A stretch of DNA of 63,974 bases, filler included, from an uncultured bacterium (GCA_964471275.1; 11 parts of 11 records of this genome joined end to end with filler, not necessarily neighbours in it); one strand, 5' to 3'. Shown: positions 49,076-58,797, numbered from the whole stretch's first letter. Notes: generated by a model not told the origin, from the sequence alone. Numbers and translations: made by a program.

Positions 49076-49312
49076 GAGTGTCCAGTGTCACAATGGTGTT
49101 GACACATTGAGCCAGTAGGTGGGGTTGATCTGAAATCGCTGCTTTCTCTAAGCACCGTTGATGACACGGTCTCGAATCCTGATCTGCCTCGGCCCCGGAA
49201 CGGGGCAAGCCCCAGAGCTGGACGGGCAATCGCGAGCCGCGTCGCGATGACTTCTCGGAACCTAAAAAGGAATGCCCTCGGCGCGAATCTTACAAACACG
49301 TGCGTGCGGGTA
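49076..49312 (-). mobile_element. MITE-like element, copy 2 (truncated by contig end)
   Basis: Reverse complement aligns with 7494-7742, including TACCCGCACGCACGTGTTTGT, GTCATCGCGACGCGGCTC, CCCCGTTCCGGGGC and TGGCTCAATGTGTCAACACCA. Confidence 0.7.
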
Positions 49313-49576
49313 NNNNNNNNNNNNNNNNNNNNNNNNNNNNNNNNNNNNNNNNNNNNTTAATTAATTAANNNNNNNNNNNNNNNNNNNNNNNNNNNNNNNN
49401 NNNNNNNNNNNNGGTTTCCTGTGATCCAGCCCCACTCCTATGTGGCCGTGTGACTCCCTTCACGTATCCGTTGTAGCTGGGGGCAGGTCTCGCACCATTC
49501 CTGTTTTTGCCAACAGAATGGCGGGATACGTCTCAACGACGTGGTCCGCCTGCCCGGACTGCATTATGCCGCCCGC

Positions 49577-50323
49577 CTAACGGGTTGCGTCATAGTCATC
49601 GGTCTCACGCACCCAGATATTCCTGAATCGGACCAGATCGCCATGGTCCTGGAGTTTCAGGGGACCCTTGGGCCCGTGAGATAAATCGTATGATGACAGG
49701 TTCTTATGCCCTGTTGGCCCGTGAGAGGCCTGGTGGTGATGAAGCACGATGCCGTTCAGGATCACGGTCAGGTATGCGGGGCTGACAAGATTCTCACCCT
49801 GGTATCGCGGAGCGACAAAGAGGATGTCATACGCCTGCCACTCACCGGGCCTCCGACACGCGTTGACTAGGGGGGGATACTGACCGTATATCGCGCCGGT
49901 AAGTCCATCCGCATAAGTCAGGTTGTCGAACCCATCGAGCACCTGCACTTCATACAAACCCATCAGGAAGATTCCGCTGTTGCCGCGCCTCTGACTGGAT
50001 CCCTTGACTTCCTCCGGAGCCGCAAACTCAATGTGGAGCTGGCAGTCGCCGAAATACTCGCGAGACGTGATATCACCTGTCTTGGGGGTGACCTGCATAC
50101 AGCCATTCTCCACGGTCCAGCCGATGTCTCCACCGTCCTTGCCCGCCCAGCCTGAGGCATCCGATCCGTTGAACAAAACAATCGCATCTGAAGGGGGGCA
50201 ACCCGCATCACCCGGTGTGATCACCCTTGGTTGGGGACGCGTCCCATCGTGAACACGCCATTGCTGACCTGGCAGAATCGGTGTGTCGTCATAACCCACA
50301 GGTGGTTGTTTTTCGGCTGTCAT
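49577..50323 (-). CDS. DUF1080 / 3-keto-disaccharide hydrolase family protein
   Basis: PPSDAIVLFNG, FGDCQLHIEF, RGNSG, YEVQVLD, WQAYDI, LQDHG..FRNIW. Confidence 0.9.
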   Translation of the reverse strand: MTAEKQPPVGYDDTPILPGQQWRVHDGTRPQPRVITPGDAGCPPSDAIVLFNGSDASGWAGKDGGDIGWTVENGCMQVTPKTGDITSREYFGDCQLHIEFAAPEEVKGSSQRRGNSGIFLMGLYEVQVLDGFDNLTYADGLTGAIYGQYPPLVNACRRPGEWQAYDILFVAPRYQGENLVSPAYLTVILNGIVLHHHQASHGPTGHKNLSSYDLSHGPKGPLKLQDHGDLVRFRNIWVRETDDYDATR

Positions 50324-50490
50324 TTTTCTTTCCCTTTCCCATATACGTATGATTGAAATGTGCCAATGAAGATAGGGGACCACCCCGTGTTGCTCAAGGC
50401 AAATGGGGCCTGTGTTGCCACGTTTCTGTCGATTTGGTATGTTGCCTATTGAGCAAAACAGATGGCTGAGTGGACCGGACCGGAGGGTGC

Positions 50491-51852
50491 ATGAAAATAG
50501 ACGAATCAATAAAACTGAATGACCTGGGTGGCAACCTGATGAGCGTGTTCGACCTTGCTGGCCAGAAGATTAAATCCATCGCTGAGTCCTGGGACCCTGC
50601 GGATGGTACGCCCGTATTCACGGTCGATGGTGTTTATGCGACGCGCGGGTGGACAGAATGGACGCAAGGCTTCCAGTTTGGCTGTTCCGTCCTACAGTAT
50701 GACGTAACCGATGACACGTCGTTCCTAGAAATCGGTCGCAAAGCGACGGTCGACAAGATGGCCAGTCACGTCACCCATACGGGTGTACACGACCACGGAT
50801 TTAACAACCTATCTACATACGGTAACCTGAGGCGGTTGCTGATTGAAGGACGGACGGGCGGTGAGGACTGGGAGCGGGCCTTCTATGAGATGGCTATCAA
50901 ATCGTCAGGCGCGGTTCAGGCTGCAAGGTGGACGACTATCCATGATGGCAAGGGCTATATCCACTCGTTCAACGGACCTCACTCCTTGTTCTCAGATACC
51001 ATTCGATCCTGCCGCATCCTCGGTGTGGCGCATACGCTCGGGCACCAACTGATGGGTGAGAATGATCGTTCGATCTCGCTGCTCGAGAGGCTGATCCATC
51101 ATTCCGAAACGACGGCGGCATACAATATTTACTATGGTGAGGGTCGAGACAGCTACGACGTTCGTGGTCGCGTTGTTCACGAGTCGATCTTCAACACCAG
51201 CGACGGAAATTACCGTTGCGCCAGTACCCAGCAGGGCTACTCGCCCTTCTCGACCTGGACTCGTGGGCTTGCCTGGATCATCACAGGTTATGCGGAATTA
51301 TTGGAATTCCTGCAGACCCTGTCCGATGCCGACCTCGACAAGTATGGAGGCCGTGACCATATCACTTCTATTTTCACGAAGGCGGCCAAGGCCACTGCCG
51401 ACTTCTATATCGACGGCGCGACGGCTCTGGACGGTATCCCATATTGGGATACGGGGGCGCCCGGTCTGCGTGAACTTGGTGATTGGGCGTCGGTAAACGC
51501 GGATCCCCACAACGATCACGAACCGGTTGACAGCTCGGCGGCAGCGATCACTGCCCAGGGCCTGTACCGGCTGGGTAAGTATCTCGACGACGCGAAATAC
51601 ACGCAAGCCGCGCTCACCACGGCCAATTCCCTGTTTGCCGAGCCTTATCTCTCAACAGATCCGTCACACCAGGGGCTAGTGCTTCATTCCATCTATCACA
51701 GACCGAACGGCTGGGATCACGTGCCCGAGGGCAAGACGACACCCAGCGGCGAGAGCTCCATGTGGGGAGATTATCACGCCATGGAACTCGCGGTGCTCCT
51801 GCAGCGAGAACTGGAAGGAAAATCTTACCTGACCTTCTACGATCCCTCCTGA
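50491..51852 (+). CDS. GH88-like unsaturated glucuronyl hydrolase
   Basis: WTEWTQGF, HDHGF, QQGY..STWTRGLAW, PYWD, DSSAAAI, WGDY. Confidence 0.82.
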   Translation: MKIDESIKLNDLGGNLMSVFDLAGQKIKSIAESWDPADGTPVFTVDGVYATRGWTEWTQGFQFGCSVLQYDVTDDTSFLEIGRKATVDKMASHVTHTGVHDHGFNNLSTYGNLRRLLIEGRTGGEDWERAFYEMAIKSSGAVQAARWTTIHDGKGYIHSFNGPHSLFSDTIRSCRILGVAHTLGHQLMGENDRSISLLERLIHHSETTAAYNIYYGEGRDSYDVRGRVVHESIFNTSDGNYRCASTQQGYSPFSTWTRGLAWIITGYAELLEFLQTLSDADLDKYGGRDHITSIFTKAAKATADFYIDGATALDGIPYWDTGAPGLRELGDWASVNADPHNDHEPVDSSAAAITAQGLYRLGKYLDDAKYTQAALTTANSLFAEPYLSTDPSHQGLVLHSIYHRPNGWDHVPEGKTTPSGESSMWGDYHAMELAVLLQRELEGKSYLTFYDPS

Positions 51853-51875
51853 CTTGACGGCCTAGATCGCATCAG

Positions 51876-51906
51876 GGCGGGTGGACGGTAATCGTCCACC
51901 CGTTTT
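51876..51906 (+). terminator. Rho-independent terminator
   Basis: GCGGGTGGACG-GTAA-TCGTCCACCCGTTTT. Confidence 0.7.
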
Positions 51907-52160
51907 CTGTTTATCACGGAATCATTAGAGCTGCAGCGCTCCGCCGCACCGGCCCGCTGCGTTGATTGGTCAGAGTCCATGGGTAACGAACCTTGGCTGC
52001 TCTGTGGGTGAACTGATGGAATAACAACAGTTAAGGCAGACGCGCTTTCAGGGCTGAAATGCCTCGCCAGGGACAGGCACAACTATTGCCAACCGAGTGA
52101 TGGGCTGACCTTCGGGTCGGTTTCGTGTATCTTGGTCTTCGGACAGACGTCTCAACAGGG

Positions 52161-53642
52161 ATGGCGAAAGTGGCAGAACGAAGAGGAGAGGGAACATACA
52201 ACGCTGTCGTGATCGGCGGCGGAACTGCCGGACTTGTTTCCGCGGCCGGCACAGCGGCTCTGGGAGGCCGAGTCGCCCTGATCGAACGCAACAAGATGGG
52301 CGGAGACTGTCTCAATTTCGGTTGCGTGCCCAGTAAAGCGCTGATCGCTTCCGGGCGTGCGATTGAGGGTGTGCGACGAGCGGAGCAGTTTGGCCTTGAC
52401 CCGATGGAACCGCAGTTCACGTTCGACAAGATCTTCAAGCGGATGCGGTCTCGTAGAGCCCGGATCGAACCGAACGATTCTGTCGAGCGCTTCGAGAAAC
52501 TCGGTGTAGATGTATTTCAGGGCCAAGCTTCTTTCCGATCACCTTACGAGGTGGAGGTCGTCGACATCTCGCTGCGGGCAAAGCACTTTGTGATTGCGTC
52601 GGGCAGGAGAGCTGGAATCCCACCGATAGCCGGGATTGAGGATGTGCCCTATTTCACGAACGAGACGATCTTCGACAACCTGAACGAGAAGCCAGAGAGC
52701 ATCGTGATTCTGGGGGCGGGACCCATCGGGTGTGAGCTCGGCCAGGTCTTCAGCCGGCTTGGGATTCGGACAACGCTCGTCGAGTTCCTGCCGCAGATTA
52801 TGGGCAAGGAAGATGCAGATGTAGCCAGCTTTGTCCAGAGTCGGCTCGAGGCGGAGGGGGTAACTGTCCTGACCAGAACCGGCGTTCAGCTCGCCGAGAT
52901 GCGAAACGACGAGATTCACCTCGAAGCTGAGAGAAAGGGATCCGGCGGCGAGTCAGAGATGATATCACTCAGCTCTTCCGCTTTGCTGATCGCGACGGGA
53001 CGGATCCCGAACGTGGAAGGCCTGAACCTGGCGGCGGCGGGCGTAGACTGCACTAAACAAGGCATACCGGTTAACGCCTATCTGCAGACTTCGGCTCGTC
53101 ATATCTATGCGGCAGGCGACATCGCCGGTCCTTACCAGTTTACCCACACGGCGGATGCACAGGCTCGCGTCGTGGTGCGGAATGTGATGATGCCGTTCCA
53201 GTTCCTCCGACAGAAAGCTGCATTGACGGTGGTACCCTGGTCCACCTACACGGACCCAGAGGTCGCGCACGTCGGGTTGAGCGAGCGGGATGCGGCGGAG
53301 ACGAACGTCTCTTACGACCTGTACACGCAGACGCTCGATGAAGTGGACCGTAACATCGTGGAGGGCAAGGAAGCCGGGTTTGCCAAAGTGCTGACCGAAA
53401 AAGGTTCCGACACAATCCTGGGCGTAACCCTTGTTGGACCACACGCGGGAGACCTGCTTCACGAGTTCGTCCTCGCTATGCGCCACGGTATCGGTCTGGG
53501 CGGCGTCGCATCGACGATACACGCGTATCCGACTTTTGCGGAGATCGCTCGGAAGCTGGGTGATCAGTACAGCAGGACTCGGCTGACACCACGGGCGAAA
53601 TCGATCTTTGGGTGGCTATACCGGAAGCAACGCGGTGCCTAG
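52161..53642 (+). CDS. Pyridine nucleotide-disulfide oxidoreductase (mercuric reductase/LpdA-like)
   Basis: IGGGTAG, GGDCLNFGCVPSK, GAGPIG.E, AAGD, FTHTA, IHAYPT; no C-terminal Cys-Cys. Confidence 0.9.
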   Translation: MAKVAERRGEGTYNAVVIGGGTAGLVSAAGTAALGGRVALIERNKMGGDCLNFGCVPSKALIASGRAIEGVRRAEQFGLDPMEPQFTFDKIFKRMRSRRARIEPNDSVERFEKLGVDVFQGQASFRSPYEVEVVDISLRAKHFVIASGRRAGIPPIAGIEDVPYFTNETIFDNLNEKPESIVILGAGPIGCELGQVFSRLGIRTTLVEFLPQIMGKEDADVASFVQSRLEAEGVTVLTRTGVQLAEMRNDEIHLEAERKGSGGESEMISLSSSALLIATGRIPNVEGLNLAAAGVDCTKQGIPVNAYLQTSARHIYAAGDIAGPYQFTHTADAQARVVVRNVMMPFQFLRQKAALTVVPWSTYTDPEVAHVGLSERDAAETNVSYDLYTQTLDEVDRNIVEGKEAGFAKVLTEKGSDTILGVTLVGPHAGDLLHEFVLAMRHGIGLGGVASTIHAYPTFAEIARKLGDQYSRTRLTPRAKSIFGWLYRKQRGA

Positions 53643-53651
53643 GAGACAACC

Positions 53652-54383
53652 ATGTCAGACGTCACTTCACACGAGCCACGGAGCGGGATCTCCCTGAAAT
53701 GGGTGGCCGCGGCCATCCTCGTTGTGGGGCTTGTATTCATGAGGATATACCTGCCGGTGGGGGATTGGCTGGAAGAGCTCAATCTCTGGGTCGCCGAAAT
53801 GGGACCACAGGGAATGGTCGTGTACGGAGGCGTGTATGTGATCGCAACCGTGCTGTTCCTCCCCGGATCTGTCCTGACAATCGGGGCGGGCTTTCTTTTT
53901 GGTGTCGTCAACGGTACGATCGTCGTGTCCACGGGTTCCACGGTAGGCGCGACGTTGGCGTTTCTGATCTCCCGGTATGTGGCCAGAGATTGGGTAGCGA
54001 AAAAGGCGGCGTCAAGCGCACGTTTCGAGGCCATAGACCGCGCGATCGGCATCCAGGGATGGAAAATCGTCGGTTTGCTGCGGCTCAGCCCGGCGATCCC
54101 GTTTAACCTCAGCAATTATCTCTACGGTCTGACCTCGGTCAGATTTATGCCTTACGTGATCTCCAGCTGGCTGGGGATGATTCCTGGCACGGTTATGTAT
54201 GTCTACCTGGGCACGGTGAGCAAGGCAGGTTTGGATGCGGCAGCAGGTGCGACGGAGAGAACCTGGCAGCAGGATGCGCTGCTCAGTGTAGGCCTCGTCG
54301 CAACGATCGCGGTCACCGTGCTGATCACACATATCGCCCGGAAGGCACTCAAGAACGCGGAGTTCGCCGGGAGCGCCGAATGA
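53652..54383 (+). CDS. TVP38/TMEM64 (DedA/SNARE-associated) membrane protein
   Basis: PGSVLTIGAGFLFG, AFLISRY, LRLSPAIPFN, GMIPGT. Confidence 0.9.
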   Translation: MSDVTSHEPRSGISLKWVAAAILVVGLVFMRIYLPVGDWLEELNLWVAEMGPQGMVVYGGVYVIATVLFLPGSVLTIGAGFLFGVVNGTIVVSTGSTVGATLAFLISRYVARDWVAKKAASSARFEAIDRAIGIQGWKIVGLLRLSPAIPFNLSNYLYGLTSVRFMPYVISSWLGMIPGTVMYVYLGTVSKAGLDAAAGATERTWQQDALLSVGLVATIAVTVLITHIARKALKNAEFAGSAE

Positions 54384-55177
54384 AGTTCGTCTTCTGTTTG
54401 GTGATTGCCGGTTTCGTCTACGCGTCACCGGGTGCTGCGGAGCCTTTCGACCACACCGGATTCGACTCCATTCTGCGCGCGAACGTGAACGACAGGGGGC
54501 AGGTCGCCTACACCGCTCTTAAGGCGGATCGAGCGGGGCTGGATAGGTATGTCGATTCGCTAGTCGCGGTCAGCCCTAAGAGCCATCCCAATCGGTTCTC
54601 CACACGGGAGGATCAGCTTGCCTATTGGATAAACGCGTATAACGCTCTCGTGTTGAAGGGCGTCATCGATGCCTATCCCGTCAAGAGCGTGAAGGATATC
54701 AAGTATCTGTCGGGTTTCTTCAATCGCACGTGGTTTACGGTTGGCGGCGAGTCGTACACCCTCAATAACATAGAACACGACGTGCTGCGTGCGGAGTTCA
54801 AGGAGCCGCGCATTCACGCTGCAATCAATTGCGCGTCCGTCAGTTGTCCCCGGCTGAATGCAGGTGCATTTTTTGCCAGCGGCATCGATGAAATGCTTGA
54901 TATCGTGATGCGACAGTTTCTGAATGAATCCCGAATCGTTACCATCGACAGATCTCGAAAACGCATCATTCTATCCAGAATTCTGGATTGGTTCGAGTCA
55001 GACTTTATTGGCTGGTATGAGTGGAAGTACGCCGTTGACGATGCCACTATACTGGACTACGTTGCGCTTTATGCGCCGAAGATCCGGGCGGCGATGCTTG
55101 AAGACACCTGGTCTGTCGAATACCACGATTACGACTGGTCATTGAACGACCAATCCGGTGCAGCAGGATTACGTTGA
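54380..55177 (+). CDS. DUF547 domain secreted protein
   Basis: LAYWINAYNA, LNNIEH, EPRIHAAINCASVSCP, LSRILDWF, YDWSLN. Confidence 0.9.
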   Translation: MKFVFCLVIAGFVYASPGAAEPFDHTGFDSILRANVNDRGQVAYTALKADRAGLDRYVDSLVAVSPKSHPNRFSTREDQLAYWINAYNALVLKGVIDAYPVKSVKDIKYLSGFFNRTWFTVGGESYTLNNIEHDVLRAEFKEPRIHAAINCASVSCPRLNAGAFFASGIDEMLDIVMRQFLNESRIVTIDRSRKRIILSRILDWFESDFIGWYEWKYAVDDATILDYVALYAPKIRAAMLEDTWSVEYHDYDWSLNDQSGAAGLR

Positions 55178-55308
55178 TGTATATTCGCGTACCAAGGCCG
55201 TGGGAACTTTCTGAAAGTATTTCGACACCCGAACAGGCCTACCTGAGTCGGCACAGCTTCAACGAGTCGGACCAGGCCCAGTGCAAGAAGGCGCAAGACG
55301 GGTATCCG
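55174..55308 (+). CDS. Possible MsrP (YedY)-like N-terminal fragment
   Basis: IRVPRPWELSESISTPEQAYLSR resembles MsrP N-termini, then diverges; ends at the contig end. Confidence 0.4.
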
Positions 55309-55408
55309 NNNNNNNNNNNNNNNNNNNNNNNNNNNNNNNNNNNNNNNNNNNNTTAATTAATTAANNNNNNNNNNNNNNNNNNNNNNNNNNNNNNNNNNNN
55401 NNNNNNNN

Positions 55409-55907
55409 AGGAAGACATCGTAGCCTGCCTGGTCGAAAAGTACAAACAACACCCGGTCAATTCCCGTTGTGGACTTGACGAGAATTTCCACAGTTGCGTC
55501 GATCATCGCACGGGCACACGCCTCGCGGGAGAGACCACCTACGCCGGTGCCGATCGCGGGAATGCGATGCTGCTGAGATCGTGCTCTGTCGCGAGAAGAA
55601 GGCTGTTCCGGGTTGCTGCAGAGACTTTGTCGACATCGGTCCTCAGGTCTTGACCCATGCCAGCGGCGTGGATGACGTGTGACGCGACGAGACCGCCTCC
55701 TGTCGTGATCACGGCCTCGCCTACATTCACGGGGCTCTGGCTGACGACGGCGTGCTCTATCCGTTCGCCGCCCTTCCGCTTGATTGCCCCGGCCACGCCC
55801 GCCCCCATCTAGAAATGATTGTTCGCTGCGTTGTCAATCGCGTCTACCGCCTGTTCCGTGATGTCACCTTGTATGATTTTCAGCGTTGCGCCAGCAACCG
55901 TGATCAT
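55409..55907 (-). pseudogene. Macro domain (ADP-ribose-binding) protein with nonsense and frameshift
   Basis: GDIT..DAIDNAANNHF*MGAGVAGAI (TAG 55809-55811 where Trp is expected); SIAFP-AIGTGVGG broken by a frameshift near 55557. Confidence 0.82.
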
Positions 55908-55921
55908 CCTGTCTCCAGGGC

Positions 55922-55962
55922 AAAAGAAACGGCGGATCGCAAGAGCGAATCCGCCGTTGTTT
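55922..55962 (-). terminator. Terminator downstream of rnpB
   Basis: Minus strand AACGGCGGATTCGC-TCTT-GCGATCCGCCGTTTCTTTT. Confidence 0.75.
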
Positions 55963-55964
55963 AC

Positions 55965-56382
55965 ACAAGCGGGCCTGTAAGCCGAGTTCTGTCGTCATAC
56001 CCCGCAGGGCCTGACGGATGGTCATTTATCTGGGACATCGGTTACCCGATACCTCCTGCAGCCAACCCGAACGTGCGAACCTTGCGCGAGCGCGCGGTTC
56101 GTTGGGCGAGGCGGGCCACCTCTCCGTTCCTATTCGGCCTTGCACTGGATGGGGTTTACCGTGCCGGCCTCGTCACCGAGAACCGCGGTGGGCTCTTACC
56201 CCACCGTTTCACCCTTGCCCGCTACGGGCGATGCCCGTCCGCTGGCGGTCTGCTTTCTGTTGCACTTTCCGTCGGGTTTCCCCGCCTGGGCGTTACCCAG
56301 CATCCTGCCCTGTAGTGCTCGGACTTTCCTCACCCCTCGGGAGCCGGAGCCTCCTCGGGACGCGACCATCCGGCCCGCTTGT
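55965..56382 (-). ncRNA. rnpB: RNase P RNA, type A
   Basis: Minus strand has GAGGAAAGTCCGAGC, GAAAGTGCAACAGAAAGCAGACCG, GGGTGAAACGGTGGGGTAAGAGCCCACC, GGTAAACCCC and ACAGAACTCGGCTTACAG; P1 ends ACAAGCGGGCC pair. Confidence 0.97.
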
Positions 56383-56408
56383 ATTCCGTGTCCGGTCCGT
56401 CGGATTGG

Positions 56409-57128
56409 CTAGACCGGAACTTCATCCTTCCAAACCGTGATTCGTCCGCAGTTTTCGCAACGCATCACGCGGTTGATCCTACGTGCCTCGACAAGGAGCT
56501 GCGGGGAGAGCTGGCGGAAACAGCCTCCGCACGAGCCCTTCTTGATTTCTACGACCGCAATACCCCCCTTAACCATCCGGCGAATACGATTGTAAGCGGC
56601 GAGTGCAGGTCGGTCGATCTTCGATTCGAAGGCCTTCCGCTTCCTCTTCCACTTCTTCACGTCTCCCTCCACCGAATCCAATCGTGATGTGAGGTCCTTG
56701 ATGGTGCCCAGGATCTCCTTCTCTCGCTCTGCAAAGGCATCCTTGTCTTCGGTGAGCTTGGTCGACAGGTCTTCGTGGTCGTCAATCGATCGAAGAATGC
56801 CAGATTCGTGTTCGTCCTTCTTTGTCCCGAGTGTCTCGATCTCTATTTGTAGAGCATCATACTCCCGGTTCGATTTCACCTCGTAGAGACGATCCTGGTG
56901 CTTCTTCAGGTCAGCTGCGATCGTGTCGAGCTCACCTTCCATCAATCTTCGGGAAGATTCCAGCTCGGTCACGTGCTTCTCCGTCTCATCGATCTTCCCG
57001 CGAGCCGTCTCCAGCTCGCCGTTCAACCTGCCGATCTCTGTCGGGAACTCTTCCTTCGACCGTTCAAGCGCATCCATCTCCTTGTCGATTTCTTGGAGCT
57101 CCAACAAGCTGTACAGGCTATCCTTCAT
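56409..57128 (-). CDS. Coiled-coil protein with C4-type zinc ribbon (DUF164 / CT398-HP0958-like)
   Basis: LLELQEID, long coiled coil, CGGC..CENCGRI. Confidence 0.9.
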   Translation of the reverse strand: MKDSLYSLLELQEIDKEMDALERSKEEFPTEIGRLNGELETARGKIDETEKHVTELESSRRLMEGELDTIAADLKKHQDRLYEVKSNREYDALQIEIETLGTKKDEHESGILRSIDDHEDLSTKLTEDKDAFAEREKEILGTIKDLTSRLDSVEGDVKKWKRKRKAFESKIDRPALAAYNRIRRMVKGGIAVVEIKKGSCGGCFRQLSPQLLVEARRINRVMRCENCGRITVWKDEVPV

Positions 57129-57176
57129 GCGAGTACTCTCCTCGAGTGTAATGGCAGGATGTTCATCCGTGTAACC

Positions 57177-57216
57177 AAAAAAGAAAGGTGCATCTCTCTT
57201 GTGGGAGATGCACCCT
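57177..57216 (-). terminator. Terminator-like hairpin downstream of tRNA-Val
   Basis: GGTGCATCTC/GAGATGCACC stem followed on the minus strand by TTTCTTTTT. Confidence 0.65.
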
Positions 57217-57269
57217 GTACCTGTGCGTTTTCCGCTGCAACAAACTTCGCGGGAAAACAGATTCTTGGC

Positions 57270-57346
57270 TGGTGGGCGATACTGGATTTGAACCAGTGAC
57301 CTCTGGTATGTGAAACCAGCGCTCTAACCAACTGAGCTAATCGCCC
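57270..57346 (-). tRNA. tRNA-Val(CAC)
   Basis: GGGCGATTAGCTCAGTTGGTTAGAGCG-CTGGT-TTCACAT-ACCAG..GGTTCAAATCC..ATCGCCCACCA cloverleaf with encoded CCA. Confidence 0.96.
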
Positions 57347-57475
57347 GTTATGCCGCGATCTTGGTTTAGGCTGTGGTGCTACCGTGGTGAACCTCTTCAT
57401 CCATTACCTGCTGTCTAGACCAGGATGACTTCGAGCCCGGACAAGTAAACAAAGGGCTCAGATCTTGTCAATACT

Positions 57476-58474
57476 CTAACTCAAGGTCCGACGTGGTTTT
57501 GACGGCTGGTTCACACAGAACTCGGGGCGCTTGCCCTGGAGCACTCTCACAATGTCTGCGGCTACCATCGACATGTTCTCGGAGGACTCCGCCGAATGTC
57601 CGGAACAGTGCGGCGTGAGCAACACGTTTTCAAGATCAAGGAGCGGGTTCTCGGCCACGGCGGGCTCCTGCTCGAAGACGTCGATAACTGCACCGGCGAT
57701 GACATTGTTCCTGAGTGCATCTGCCAACGCCTGTTCGTCCACGACCGGACCCCGTGCGCAGTTGACGAGAATCGCAGATGGCTTCATCCTGGCGAGCGCA
57801 TTTGCGTCGATCAGGTGGTGCGTCGAATCCAGAAGAGGGACATTGAGTGAAACGTAGTCCGACCGGGCAAGGAGCTCGTCCAGTGTAGCCCGCGTCGCAC
57901 TCAGCCGTCTTTCCTCCTCTTCCCCTGCGGGAAAGGCATCCGAGTAAATGATGTTCATGCGAAAGCCGATCCCGCAGATTTCCGCAATCCGTCTGCCGAT
58001 TCGGCCGAACCCCACGATTCCGAGTGTCTTGCCCAGCAGTTCGGGAGCGTGGACGCGATTCCTGAACCCCCAGTCGAGGTCACGTGTTGCCCTGTCTGCC
58101 TGCACGATCCGACGGGGGAGTGCGATCATACCCATCGCGACGAATTCCGCGACGGACTCTGCGGGCGCCATCGGTGTGTTGACCACATACACGCCACGCT
58201 CCGTGGCTGCCTCAACGTCAATGTTGTCAACGCCGATCCCGTGGCGGCCGATGACCTTCAATCCCTGACCCGCGTCCATGGCTGCCCCATCGATATATCC
58301 TTGGGCCCTGGCCAGGATGCCGTCGACGTCCCGAACGGCGTCTACGATCTGCGCGGGCTCGAAGCCCTCTGCGTACGTGACTTTGCATCCGTTGTCCGCG
58401 AGATAGTCGAGACCTTTCTGGTGAACGGGCTCGAACAGCAGTATCTTGTGGTCAGCCAAGGATGTGCCTTTCAT
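57476..58474 (-). CDS. D-2-hydroxyacid dehydrogenase (phosphoglycerate dehydrogenase-like)
   Basis: RHGIGVDNID, GIVGFGRIG, VNCARG, DVFEQEP, LTPH. Confidence 0.9.
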   Translation of the reverse strand: MKGTSLADHKILLFEPVHQKGLDYLADNGCKVTYAEGFEPAQIVDAVRDVDGILARAQGYIDGAAMDAGQGLKVIGRHGIGVDNIDVEAATERGVYVVNTPMAPAESVAEFVAMGMIALPRRIVQADRATRDLDWGFRNRVHAPELLGKTLGIVGFGRIGRRIAEICGIGFRMNIIYSDAFPAGEEEERRLSATRATLDELLARSDYVSLNVPLLDSTHHLIDANALARMKPSAILVNCARGPVVDEQALADALRNNVIAGAVIDVFEQEPAVAENPLLDLENVLLTPHCSGHSAESSENMSMVAADIVRVLQGKRPEFCVNQPSKPRRTLS

Positions 58475-58609
58475 AAGGATGTGCTGGCAATGGTACTGGA
58501 ATTATTGAGTTTAGACGGGTGTTCATCGCTTGTCAAGACCAGCTTCAGACGTGTTGTGTGGAGTCGTAAAGACTGAGTTTTCAGTTAGTTACGGCTCGTC
58601 TTCCAAAAC

Positions 58610-58638
58610 TTGATCTGGTCGGACCTTTTCTATATATT
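58610..58638 (+). promoter_or_regulatory. Sigma70-type promoter of tRNA-Glu
   Basis: TTGATC-17 nt-TATATT just upstream of the tRNA. Confidence 0.55.
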
Positions 58639-58656
58639 GATTGCTCTTTAAAAGGT

Positions 58657-58731
58657 GACCCCGTCGTTCAGCGGTTAGGACACCGGCCTTTCACGCCGGT
58701 AACGGGGGTTCGATTCCCCTCGGGGTCACCA
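58657..58731 (+). tRNA. tRNA-Glu(TTC)
   Basis: GACCCCG..CCGGC-CTTTCAC-GCCGG..GGTTCGATTCC..CGGGGTCACCA. Confidence 0.96.
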
Positions 58732-58797
58732 AATACCTCTTCNNNNNNNNNNCTCAAGCTGACTACTATACTTCTCTTTTTTCACCGGGAGGCCCGC

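Noticed and set aside
19620..51852. One large polysaccharide utilization locus joining the lyases, GH88 and TBDR
   Set aside because: These genes lie on different contigs. Only a shared metabolic theme can be inferred, not linkage.
52161..53642. merA mercury-resistance gene
   Set aside because: No C-terminal Cys-Cys, no NmerA domain, and no merR/T/P neighbours.
46634..55907. Stop-codon recoding (pyrrolysine, selenocysteine or TAG reassignment) to explain in-frame stops
   Set aside because: The stops replace different expected residues (Q, W, R, Y) and come with frameshifts and missense decay. Many intact genes end normally in TAG or TGA.
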